DNA from: Catajapyx aquilonaris
Taxonomy: Eukaryota
Assembly (NCBI GenBank): GCA_000934665.2
Contig: JYFJ02000332.1
Coordinates: 1 to 64,000 of the forward strand
Reading direction: 5' to 3'
DNA: 64,000 bases
Position 1 is the stretch's first letter. Each line of letters begins with the position of its first letter. The translations under genes and the position numbers were made by a program. The notes below the pieces were generated by a model that was not told the origin of the DNA, searched no databases, and saw only the letters and a list, made by a program, of their open reading frames with translations. Shown piece by piece: positions 13,301-37,305 of the stretch.

Positions 13301-16300
13301 GCAAATCTGAAATGGCATTTGCAAGTGGCAGAAATTAGGGACCTCAATTCATTAATGAAAAAGACCTGTGCAAGAATATATTGTCTTCAATGTGACACAC
13401 AAGTATTCTTATTATACCACAATTACTCGAATCAGCTTGAATCGAAGTCATCCCCAACTCTAAGTCACACCCCTAAGTAGTCAAAACTGCTAGATATGGA
13501 AGAATGCTTTGTACCTGATACTACAGTAATAAGCTGCACCACATTTTTTCATGTATTGTTGAAAGACAAAAAGTCACCTTAGATTCGAGTAAATAGGGTA
13601 CGCCGGTACGGTATTTTATCACATAATATTTACTCAAAGGATCATGACTTGTCAGTGCCTTTCAAAATAGTTACCGTATTTTGCAAATTTCCACTCTGTC
13701 GCTAACAAAAAACACTCTGAAATTGGTGGAAGGAAATGGCCTGCATTGATATTAAAACATTTACCAGATTAATGTAACCCAAAAATTAGCGTATCTCTGC
13801 AGCCCCTTTTGGACAAGCACGTAAACCTATGGTGATCCACAGGCTCCCAGACAATTACTGATGATTTACGTTAATCTGCATGTCCCTGGCAGGTCACAAT
13901 GACAGCAAGAATCATACCTCTAGGTAGATCTTGTCCCTGAGATGTGCCGCTTCTGTTTTGAGAGCATCTGTGCGCATCTTGTACTCTCCCTTGTCTCTAG
14001 GTCGCTTGTCATAAAGGAATTTCACTTCATGGTACATGTCTAGGAGGGTCTTGACAGCATCTCGGGCAATTCTCGCTCGCATTTCTGCCTTTTGCTGAAG
14101 GCGCTTGGCTTTGGTCCGTTCATTGTACAATCGTTTTTCCATGTCGTGAATGTAATGGCGCTCATGCTCCAGTGCATCTATTTCCAGGTTGAAGCCTGCA
14201 ACTGCATCTCTTGCAGTCTGTTCCTGGAGGGCACTTAATTCCAAAGATTTTGCCAGGCGTGACAGTTCGGAATTCTTGAACTGGATCAGACTAAGTGTTT
14301 GAGAGCCAATAAATGAATTTGATATCCTGTGCTAGGCCAATGCTGTTTAGAACAAAATATTTGTATTTATTCAATCATAATTTCAATGATTATTGCTTTT
14401 AGAAGTACTAGGAGGAAATGGGTGAAACCTGAGAATATTCACTTTAGGTGCTGTACTGACAAGTGAGAGAATCCTTCACTCTCCATGAGGAAATTCTTGT
14501 ATGACCCATGGACAAAATTCAGGACCTCAAAAGTGGTATAGTGTAGCCTAGACCAATGTGCTATCATCCCACCTCTGCTTATCACAATTACTTGTAATCA
14601 GGTGTCCACTTAAAAATGGAATGTTCTGAGTGTTCTTCCACATCACCCTTTCAGTGTGTAACAAATTGAGCTCGAGAAAAGTAAAAGTTCGTGTCCTAGT
14701 GGCATCATACATAACGTACATTTATATGCACTCAGTTGTTTACAGTTGTTATGAATTGAATATATAGGGAATATATTAGGGAAATATATACAAAATATAT
14801 TTATTTAGGGATATATTAGGGAAATATTTATTTAAATATATTAGAAAGAAATATGTATGTATGATAGAAATACAAAATACAAATAATTCCGAGCTTTAAA
14901 CTTTGACTTAATTCTTGGGGGTCCTCGAGGGTGAGTGATCTCTGAAGGGGGTCCGCGGTCTAGGACAGTTTAAGAACCGCTGGCCTAGGCCATTGCCTGC
15001 TACACCTAATGGGATTGTATCTTAATTTCAATAGCATGGAAACACCTTAACTTCAAATGGCAAAGGGAAGGTTGTGTGGATGGGCGCACACCCGCAGGGA
15101 TATTTTACGCCTTGTTTTACTCTTGTTATCTTGGTAACTATGTTTTGGAGACCCATGATACTTATACTTAAAATGATCACCTAGAACCCTTCGATCATCC
15201 CCCAAAAGAGAAGGTATGATAAATTTCCGAGCATCCTGTACACTTTAGTAAGGTCAGTTGGGTAAAATCCCAAAAGTAAAAGCCCCCCCCCNNAAAAACC
15301 CCCCCCCCCCCCCCCCCCCCCTGCTACCCTAAATCCAAGAAAAAAACCTGGGGTACAAGCCAACTGAATGGAGATAATTAAACACATATTGCAAAACTGT
15401 AGGTTACAAGGTCCACAGGGTATACACAACATGTTGGTGATACATATAATTATCACCCTTTTCCAGCATTATTATCGAAATTTATGTGTGATTTTCAGCT
15501 AACCAGAAATTAGCCAATTTCTGAAGGGTTACGCAGTTGTGTCCCTTTGCCCAGGCCCAAGTTGACAATCCAGATTATGTGGGACAGGGGACAGATGATC
15601 AACTAGTCATTCCCAGCTATGTAAATGAAGTCAGCAGCATGCAAAAAGGTAAAGGGAGACCCAGACCTTGTTCCACATCTGCACTACTAACTACAGTAAA
15701 ACTTCCACAAGTCGAATGTCCCTAAGTTGAAGTTCTCTATAAGTCGAATAAAATGATGAGCTTGGTTGGTCACAATGCAAAATAATAGGAAATAAACTTC
15801 CTTAACTCAAATTTCTATAACTCGAAGTTCTCCATAACTCGTAGTGCAGGCAGGGCAGGGCCTTTTGATGGGATATCAATGCATTTTCAGTCTCCCTAAG
15901 TCGAAGGTCATGTTGGCGAGTACGGAACATTTTCTCATTTCCCAGCTGAAGGGTCGAGAGTAGGCCACCTGTACAGAAAGGCTCAATTTCCTGATCTCCG
16001 TCTACCAGACGTACCGGAAGAAGTGTTTGACTCGATTGTGACAATTGAATCCTTGAATCTAAGAGTAGGAAAATGTCCATAACGGAGATTTTTTTTTTAC
16101 AACAAAACAACGAGGAGCATTGTATGTGTGATAGTGACAGGTATTTTTAAGTTTTGAACACGTTTCGTCTCTGGATATAAAGGTAGGCTTCTCTAACTCG
16201 AAACTTCTATAACTCGAAGTTTTTTCCCGGTCCCATGGAGATTCGACTTATAGAAGTTTTACTGTAGTTCTAACTCAATCTAGGAGTGATTGGCAAATCC

Positions 16301-19253
16301 ATCAACTCTCCCCGTCTACCATCTTCTGAGTCGTCAACTTGGGCAAAGTAACTACCTATATTTATAATGATTGATAGTGTGATAAAAAGATAATGAAATA
16401 GTAAAAGCATAAATCAATAAATGGTTCTAAACCTTTGTTACTTGCATGCATTTGCCTTCCAGCAAGTAGTGAAGGATCATAAATGAAACATTACAGTCAG
16501 CCACTGGCATAGCTTACCAACATGTAAAATTGCCACATACCCTTTCACTCGATTTCCGTCAGCCTTTGCATCAGAGATAACTTTCCGTGAATTTTCTATA
16601 TCATTCTGGAGTTTCTTGAGCTTCTCTACTCCTGCAGAATAGTCCATATATACTTCACTGAGCACAGCCTTTGCATCAGTTAAATTCTTGTCCAGACGGT
16701 CTGCCTCTGTCCTCAAGTTCACTGGGCGGTTGGATATGGAATCCAGTTCATCTGTCAGAGCCACCATTCGGGCCTCTAACTTGCTTATCTCTATTGCCTG
16801 CCACTCTTGGCCACGTGTCAGAATCTTAAGCTCCTCTACAGTGGCTGCAATCCCATGCATACGTGTAGCCAGCTCTGCTCTCAGATCCCCCATCTCCCTT
16901 GTCACATTGCCTCGCTCACGCTTGAGTTGATCCTCACTTGGAAGAGTGCGTGCAACAGTCAGGAGGGCTGCAGTTTCCTCCTGAAGTGCAAAGCGCTGGA
17001 TGCCTAATAAAAATGAGAAGGAGAACCATCCCCTCAGCAGTGCAGGTCCATTTCAGAAAATTATAATATTCAATATGAAATCACAATCAACCCAGTCACA
17101 TAAAAGGACATAAATGGAGGGATATTTGGACAGTGGGTGACAGTGGTAACAGACAAACAAATGAAGGGGTTAGTGCCATAACGTGCTAAGCCACACTTTT
17201 GTGTTTTTTGAGCTTGCACGTGTCTGAAAGTCCCACCATCGTGCTTCACAAGTGGGCATCACGTAGTTAGCAAAAATCCCCATAGATCACGAGAAAGTCA
17301 CGAATCAAGTTCCTTGTTTTGTATGATTTGCCATATTACGCCAAACTTTTGAAAGCCCATATCTCAGAATGAAGGTTTTGTGGCTTAGCACGTTATGGCA
17401 CTAACCCCTTCAAATGATAAATACAGTAGGCTCTGAATTTAGCAGACTTCAAGGGACTGTGGAAATCAGTCTGCTCTGAGGTCTGTTGAAGCCAAATATA
17501 CAGCCCATATATGGAAGTACTGTATGTAGGACCAGCCTTTCAAGTCTGCTATAGCCGAGGCTGTTATATCCAGAGGCAACTCCCTCACTTACTCAAGATA
17601 CGACATCTTTCCTCCGACACCCTTATCTGGTTTTGCAGCTTAAGTTGTCGCTCTCTTAGTCCAGAAGCAGCCATGTCAAAAGTGTCTTCTGCTCCTCCCA
17701 TGTTGGACAATAAGAGTGATGAAGTTGATGACTCTACCTCTAAAGGATCCAACTCGGGCTTGTAGCCTAATTTCATCTCTTGAAGGAGCTCGTGGGCAAC
17801 AACGTCATCTCCTAGGATGTCAAGATGAAGAGTTGAGATTGGACAAGAATGGGACAAGAATGGGTCAAGTATTACAGTTTGGAACTAGGTAATTAATAAT
17901 TTTTGTTCACATTATTGGCTGTGTTATGTTCAGAAAGTGTCAATCACAATACCTAGGATAGGATGCTGAAATTGCGATATGTTATGTTTAGATCATTTTC
18001 TTCATACCAATTTCACCAAAATATCTAAATGGAGTAATAAAATGACAGCCACGGCCACGGGAAACAGCTTAATTATTGCTTCCTGGCAGCACGCTTCAAA
18101 TATTTTGAATAAACTTCCTCAATTTCTTTTCACCTTTGACTGCCACGTAGAGTATCTCTCACACTTCACAACCAATCTCATGCTAATTGAACTTGTATTC
18201 AACACTGCCCTACAATATTATTAGTAGAACTTATACAAGTTGAACACCCCTAAGTTGAAGAAAATTACAACATTGGTTGGTCACTACGAATAGGATAATA
18301 ATATTGTGCATTTAAAAAAAAATCAAGGTAGATTTGTTTCATTTAATTTACTAATGCCTTTTCGGCCAACAGCTCATTATAGATATTCTTGGCACAGTGT
18401 TATCCCAGACAGTCTTCCATAAGAAAAGGAAGTGAAAGTGTCCGGAATAATATGACACTGATAGTTGTTCAACTTACCTAAATCCCACCAAAGTGTTTAT
18501 TATATTGTCTTAACTTTAACTAATATCATCCCTTCTTTAAAATCCTGTGGAGCATACATCTTGAGTGATGCTCCCCAACCTACATCATGAAAAAAACAGT
18601 TAGAAGATGATTTAGACAGTAATTAATGCCTAGGGAATCCAGGTCCTATTATCCGCTTGTATACAGCTCAAAATCAGCAATGAATACAACTGCTAATCCT
18701 TACTTGGAAGAAATCTAATGAGAGAGGGGAGTAGAGATGCCCGCCTTTCTTCTTTGCTGTAGCCCATAAGAGAAACCCTTGATCTCCTGATGGTTTCCAT
18801 GTGCTTCTCCTGGCTTTCCACCACATCGCTCAGGGCTCTCACCATATATTCATACTTGGCCTGTAGCACCAGGCGCTGTTCCTCAGACATCTGCCCTCTC
18901 AGCACCAACTGCTGCAGTAGTGCCTTCACCCTAACATGTGCTTCAAATGTGTCAAATTCCGGGCGTACCACCTGGTCTTCTTCAATGTCGCTGATTGTAA
19001 AGCCAGGTTCCAGGTTTGCTGCTTCAGGGTAGGGTGTGATGATTATATCCTGAGCATTGAGCTGAGAGCTTGAGTCTTCCTCGTCATCTTCAGCATCATG
19101 GTCAGTGGCTGTATCCTTACTCTCGTCCACACGGCTTTCTGTAGCTGGGACATCCATAGGGTAGGATGAGGTTGATGAATCAAAGTCATCCCATACACTC
19201 TCCTCCATAGACATGGAGGAGACAGTGGAGCGTGGACTGCCAGTGTCAGACAT
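7358..19253 (-). CDS. CCDC146: CCDC146/MBO2-like axonemal coiled-coil protein, 8 coding exons, about 1424 aa as reconstructed
   Basis: Phase-consistent GT-AG exons: 19253-18704, 17811-17593, 17003-16541, 14290-13918, 13259-12768, 11467-10844, 9583-8705, 8032-7358 (4275 nt, TGA at 7360-7358). Long heptad-like E/K/R/L-rich segments. The C-terminal RPQAYLP...LPLPRAYGHFPPFLPPEPSPHIMNQRKPAIKP resembles the CCDC146 tail RPNAYIP...LPLPKPYG..APFKP.EPG..MRHIRKP as I recall it. Some junctions (16541/14290) have alternative sites. Confidence 0.8.
9662..10543 (-). mobile_element. Decayed, internally deleted mariner transposon in a CCDC146 intron
   Basis: Degenerate TIRs CGAGGAGCATTCAGACAGTAATG / CATTACTTTCTGAATACCTCTCA(TA). 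Frameshifted minus-strand peptides IHEDMYETLEGDCPSY, SLEDDP, SGRPATAVT, MNDRHLKV and LVPCSLTTEQ (the WVPRLLT motif region), plus a terminal GDNVEK*, resemble mariner transposase. Confidence 0.82.
11979..12253 (-). mobile_element. Full-length tRNA-derived SINE with V-SINE-like central domain
   Basis: Minus strand: A box TGGCCGAGCGG, B box GAGTTCGATCC, core GTTCTCTCCGTGTTCGCGTGGGTTTTCTCGGGGTTCTCCCGTTTCCTCCCAC and an AT-rich tail. 13-bp TSD TTCGAAATCAGTA at 11966-11978 and 12254-12266. Confidence 0.9.
14410..14573 (-). mobile_element. Old, decayed copy of the same SINE family
   Basis: Colinear similarity to about 12095-12250 (GGAGGAAA.GGG.GAA.CC.GAGAA ... GAGAGAA.CC ... GACCC..GGA ... GGACCT.A.A.GTGG), with CpG positions mutated. 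Confidence 0.6.
14917..14982. mobile_element. Solo end of a hAT-type MITE
   Basis: GGGGGTCCGCGG...GTTTAAGAACCGCTG followed by the 8-mer GCCTAGGC. No matching left end was found. Confidence 0.5.
15694..16264. mobile_element. Tc1/mariner superfamily (pogo/Tigger-like) MITE, 571 bp
   Basis: TA TSD (15692-15693, 16265-16266), 24-bp TIRs CAGTAAAACTTCCACAAGTCGAAT / ATTCGACTTATAGAAGTTTTACTG and repeated TAA[CG]TCGAA subterminal motifs. A decayed partial copy lies at about 18222-18300. Confidence 0.88.
17163..17411. mobile_element. MITE with 33-bp TIRs and 4-bp AAAT TSD (Sola1-like)
   Basis: Perfect TIRs GAAGGGGTTAGTGCCATAACGTGCTAAGCCACA / TGTGGCTTAGCACGTTATGGCACTAACCCCTTC, flanked by AAAT on both sides. 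The superfamily is inferred from the AWWT TSD. Confidence 0.85.
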
Positions 19254-19799
19254 CTTTGATACACCTTACTGAGAAAGAGGAAAGATTTTGCAATATCAGG
19301 CACATATTTTATTGCCGATCATATGGCTTTTGATAACCTAGACTCCAAGAGCCTAGATGTAGATAAAATTGTTAGTGTTGCAGCACAATGTACAGGGTAC
19401 AGCTAACTCCACCAGCCACTTTAAAAGAAGCTATTTATCACAACATGTAAATGTGGTCCTCATTGTTACTTCCAACGAGATTCTTCTCTTTGAATTGGCT
19501 TCTGGTGTATGCCAAGGACTGTATGAACATGATTTATCAACCATTTAAAATAATGCCCACAGGTGATACCTGAAAAAGGAGTCACTAAAACCATGTACAT
19601 TAATCGTGATGTCCGACTGCCCTGGTTAATCATACCCCACGTTGAATGAAAATAATCCAGCAATCTTATTATAAGCTGAATTTACCCACAAATTTTCACT
19701 AGCCGAATCGTACGACTAAACTGTGACGGAAGGTGCTCGCAACCTCTCTTCTTCTCATCCGACGTACAACAACGGATCCGTTCCTCCCAGAGTACTCAC

Positions 19800-19900
19800 G
19801 GGCTCAGCACTGTTTGGATGTCACTCACGTCAGGCGAAGAGCCACACTCGCTTCCTGCATTTCGTTCCGAAAGTTCAAACAGACGCCATCTTTGAGGTCA
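19800..19900 (-). other. Probable non-coding first exon of the CCDC146-like gene
   Basis: Minus-strand donor CCC|GTGAGT at 19800/19799. A pyrimidine-rich acceptor (TCTTTCCTCTTTCTCAG) ends at 19269, 15 nt before the ATG at 19253. The exon lies in a CpG-rich patch; its 5' end is approximate. Confidence 0.55.
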
Positions 19901-19908
19901 TAGACAGT

Positions 19909-19921
19909 GTTGCCAGGCAAT
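19909..19921. promoter_or_regulatory. RFX X-box-like motif in the bidirectional CCDC146/CCDC43 promoter
   Basis: GTTGCCAGGCAAT matches the X-box consensus GTNRCC(N0-3)RGYAAC except at the last base, and sits immediately upstream of a ciliary-type gene. Confidence 0.6.
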
Positions 19922-20129
19922 GATAGTTTTCGGGTCGGAAAACGTAGCTGCTAGTTCGGAAATATTTGTTGTAGACGCGCCTAAAAAGGTATGACTATAA
20001 GTTATTAGTAGCAGTTATTCTGTCCTATTGATAGCTGCAAATGGTGGCCAGATGCAGCGCTCATTATCCCTTCCCCCTCCTGGCGCCATCTACCGCTCCC
20101 TCCCCCCACCAGACTCACTCCGGTCAGAA

Positions 20130-21243
20130 ATGGCGGCATCTGAAGCGACGGATACGTTCGGCGAGTGGCTGAGCGACCAGCTGCGGCGACTCAACACGGA
20201 CGAGGGCGTCTTCACCTCTTATATCCAGGGGATCCTCGAGGGGCAGGAGGACACCCGGGAGGAGAAGGCTGAGGCCCTGCAGGACATACTCTCGGAAGTA
20301 GCGGTGCGTCACTCACCGTGTTCCAAACAGGGCAGAATCATTGCCCTGCCACTGTACTGTACGAGATTAGGCAAATACATACCTTGCTGTGTAACTGCCA
20401 ATAAGTAATGCGTAGTCATAATTGCAAAGTTGTGCACATTTGTCTTTATACCTACGGTGACACTATCATTTAAGCCCAGCCTTCACCTTCCTAGGGTGCG
20501 GACATTGACAGCTTGTGCCAAGAGATACTGACTAAATGGTCCCAGACACAGTCAAATGGATGTCATGCAGGTGATTCAGGCACAGTCAGTGTGGATGCCA
20601 AGCTGGCGGAGATCATGGAGAAGCAGGCCAAGTGCATTGTGGCTCCCAAGAAGTACACTGAGGAGCAGAAACAACTCCGGGAGGCCATCTTGTCTCAATA
20701 TGGACAGGTATAATGAGTGATATGTTACACCACCTGGAAAAATGACTGATGCAGAAATGTGGGGCCAGCTTTCAGATCAGGAGGACGAGGGTCGTGATGG
20801 TTACGAGGACGAAGAGGAAGAAAATGTAAGTGGAAAGGAGGCAGCATTGGCAGCTATTGGCAAGAACACAAATGTGGATAGTGTGTCAAAGGCGGAGAGA
20901 GAAAAGAGGGAGAAGGCAAAGGTAGACAGCCAGAAGAAACGGGAAAAGGACAAGGAGGATAGGTTAGTATGAGTACATGTCAGCTTGCTATGGGGTTCTA
21001 ATCAGTATAAGAATCAATAGGAATTGAGACAATTTTCAGAGGTAATTCTCATATAGGCTTGCTGTCCATAATTTATAATATGGAAAGTTGCTCATTAACA
21101 GTGAGTTTGAAATACCTTTGAGGTGACATTAATCTTCTTTAAATCTGGTGAAACTTTTCAGGGAGAAGCAGAAACAACAAGAACAGGAAAGAAAGGAAAA
21201 GGAAAAGAGAAGAACCCAGAAAGGTGAGAAGCGCAGGCAGTAG
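20130..21243 (+). CDS. CCDC43: Coiled-coil domain-containing protein 43, 4 exons, about 220 aa
   Basis: Exons 20130-20303, 20495-20707, 20769-20962 and 21162-21243, with GT-AG introns and consistent phases. The N-terminal FGEWLSDQLRRLNTDEGVFTSYIQGIL, the central REAILSQYGQLSDQEDE and KNTNVDSV, and the C-terminal KEKEKRRTQKGEKRRQ* are typical of CCDC43. The exon 3 acceptor could alternatively be 20781. Confidence 0.92.
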
Positions 21244-21520
21244 TCCTCTTGGGTATACTGGGACAAAAAAACAACATCTTGCTTCCACTGTGCTTTATAC
21301 CCTGCATTGGAAAAGAAAACCTAGAAGCAAATAAAAACAATCCCCATCATCCTCTCCACCCTGAATGTCAATAATAGTGCCAACAACTCAGGACTTGGCA
21401 AAAATGATTGTTGCTGTTATGTCACAGTTTATGCATGCCATGTGATCATCGAGTGAAGCTCTTCTCACAGAATCGTTTTATGCCCAGGTGCTATTTATGT
21501 TTACTCTTCTATGCACTGTG

Positions 21521-21526
21521 AATAAA
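21521..21526 (+). terminator. Candidate poly(A) signal for CCDC43
   Basis: AATAAA 278 nt after the stop codon, followed by T/GT-rich sequence. Another AATAAA lies at 21330-21335. Confidence 0.45.
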
Positions 21527-21811
21527 ACACTTCTTGTACTACAACTTCTACGCACTGTTATTAAGAACTTAAGAGACCAAAGATATCGGAACCCAAATCA
21601 TAATATTACGAGCTGATTGAACAATCACATATGTAACTGGTCCTACCATTGACAAAAGTAGGTCTAGATCAGCTCCAGTGGACCCGTAACCATGTAAATG
21701 ACGCAAAATATTGTCCATGTGTTGCTAGTATACAAATAAAAATTACGTTAATACGGACATTTTTGTGACGAACAAGTGGACAATTTCACGTGTGGCAGAC
21801 ACAAATAACGT

Positions 21812-21817
21812 TTTATT
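21812..21817 (-). terminator. Candidate poly(A) signal for the DYRK gene (3' UTR about 2.2 kb)
   Basis: AATAAA on the minus strand at the end of an AT-rich, UTR-like stretch downstream of the stop at 23974. Confidence 0.4.
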
Positions 21818-23973
21818 TTATATACATAAGGGATCGAGGGTTCCAGGAGTCATTAAAACAACAAGATTGAAAAGTAAGCTACATTATTATCTCAGTGACA
21901 ACCTAACTTACAACTTTTGATTAAAGATACAGGAAGGTCAATCAATATAAGGGTCAAGAACCTTGTACAAGATACGAATCAGCATCAAGACTACAGATGA
22001 AATGCTACAATATGACAAGATAGAGAGAGAGAGATAGAGAGAAAAAAAAAATACAAGTTTCTTCTCTTCTTCTGACCACTCATTTTTCTTCTTCCACTCG
22101 GCCATAACTTAAAAAGTGTACACCACACAAGACTAAAATATCACAGTTCAATAATGTCAGGTATTGGTTCTCGGAAAAAAGTCACATTATTCGTGGGGGG
22201 ATGGGGATTGTTGCGTAACTACAACACTGGAAATCCACTGACTTAACTCCAACTGAGATCCAGTGCTTCAGACATGAGGTTGGGGGAGTAGTGGTTAATT
22301 TTCTCTCTACACACACACACGCACACACACCCAAGGGGGAGGACAATAACTCTCTAAGTCTGAGTATTTTACAACCACATTTTTGGGGGAGGGTGTAGTT
22401 AGGCACCTAAGAGAAGTTCCTTGGTTTAAGGCCAGGGTTGTGTCTTTTTCATCTCTCCAGCATAAAGGGTCCCTGACAGGTTAGGAATATACACTTTTGA
22501 AAATTGCACGAAATATTTCACAGTCTACAAGGAGGGAGCTATACCCACTTATGGTACCGCATAACTCTAGGAAAAATGAAATTAAACTAATAACGTGATA
22601 TGAGGAGGAAATGCCAACGGTTTTTTTAGCCATTTGAAACCTATATATGAAAAGGTGATTGTGCATTGGGAGAAATGCTTACTTGGCGCTATTTAGAAAT
22701 AGAGGCAAATGCCATTGACTGTAATGCGTTCCCAAGAAAGAAAAGTTCTTTCACCCTGCAAGAATCAGTCCATAACTAGCCCTATAAAGAAGACATGGCA
22801 TACCACAGCCATTTTGGAATCAAGGCAATCTTTAGACAGTATAGAAAGTGAAAAATCTACACAGGGGAAGATAACAAAACTCCCAACAATTACGAAAAGA
22901 AAAAGTGCTGAGAAACAAGTATGGGTGTGGAGTTTTCTTTGGCCAAACAACTTGCTTTGGTGCATAAGAAGAGATATTCTCGGGGGGGAACTTCCAGAGA
23001 CGGGAGAGGCATATTCTTTTTCTTTTCAAACATACACGGCATGTCATATTACCCCCCACCTAAAATTTTAGCCTTCCTATCCCAGGTGGTTTTTAACGCA
23101 CAACCACAAATGTGAAACGTTATGTACATAAAAAGATGGCGTCTCACACAACAAGGAGTGCAGAATGTCTATTCTGCCTCGCAGTCTTACTACACCCAAA
23201 ATAAAATTGGTACACATTTATGCATAATCAAGGTAACTGAGCAGTTTCTCTTCAGTAATTATCTATTTCTGTTCTGAAAGTAATCCTGTTGCCTTCTGCA
23301 TAGGAATGCACTTTCCCTCCAAAACATTTGATTGTACAGCTTTTCTTATTTGGCTCCGGTGTAATGCCAGCCTCCTATGCCGGCTGATTATTACGGGTCT
23401 TACTTCTCTCCCAAATTATAATTTCTTCAAAAACTTATTGTCTGGACAGAGTCCTTTGTCATCGAATGCAATAAGTGAAGCTGAAGTAAGCACATTTCAT
23501 ACAGTACAATGCTTGAGAGGCTGGCATTTCAAGGCTGTTCCGTTGGGAGTACCTTTGGAGCTAACACAAACATCACATAACATACATCACACACGAAGCT
23601 TTGACGTGTAGTGATTGGGGGGAGGCCAAGACAACAATGATATGATAATAAATGGCCATTTGAGAAGGCAACATCTACCAATCTACATGGGGAGGAAAGG
23701 TAAAATTTAGAGAAACCCAAAATGGTGGGGAGTTGTTTCAATACATGCAGAGCAAAAATTCTTTCCTTCGACCTTTGTCCCTAACATGACCTGTGTCGGC
23801 ATCGCGAAAGGCGCAGGAAATTTTTTAAATGCTAGAAACTCCTGACTGTTGGCCAGCAACTGCGAGTACCTTTTTTTAAATACCCCGCCTCCTAAACAGA
23901 CCACGCTTGTGTAGCGTGGGACACCACCACATGGTGGTTGCGAAGCGACCCTTCAACTGGGTTGGAGCGTCAC

Positions 23974-37305
<13,332 letters not shown>

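Larger units (their letters stand above)
19700..20350. promoter_or_regulatory. CpG-rich bidirectional promoter region
   Basis: Local CpG enrichment within CpG-poor flanks, between two divergent genes. YY1-like (A)AGATGGCG/AAATGGCGG motifs occur at about 19884-19892 (minus) and around the CCDC43 ATG. Confidence 0.65.

Noticed and set aside
15281..15322. Poly-C runs with N bases (also about 27761-27781 and 55209-55220)
   Set aside because: Homopolymer-associated assembly uncertainty, not a biological signal.
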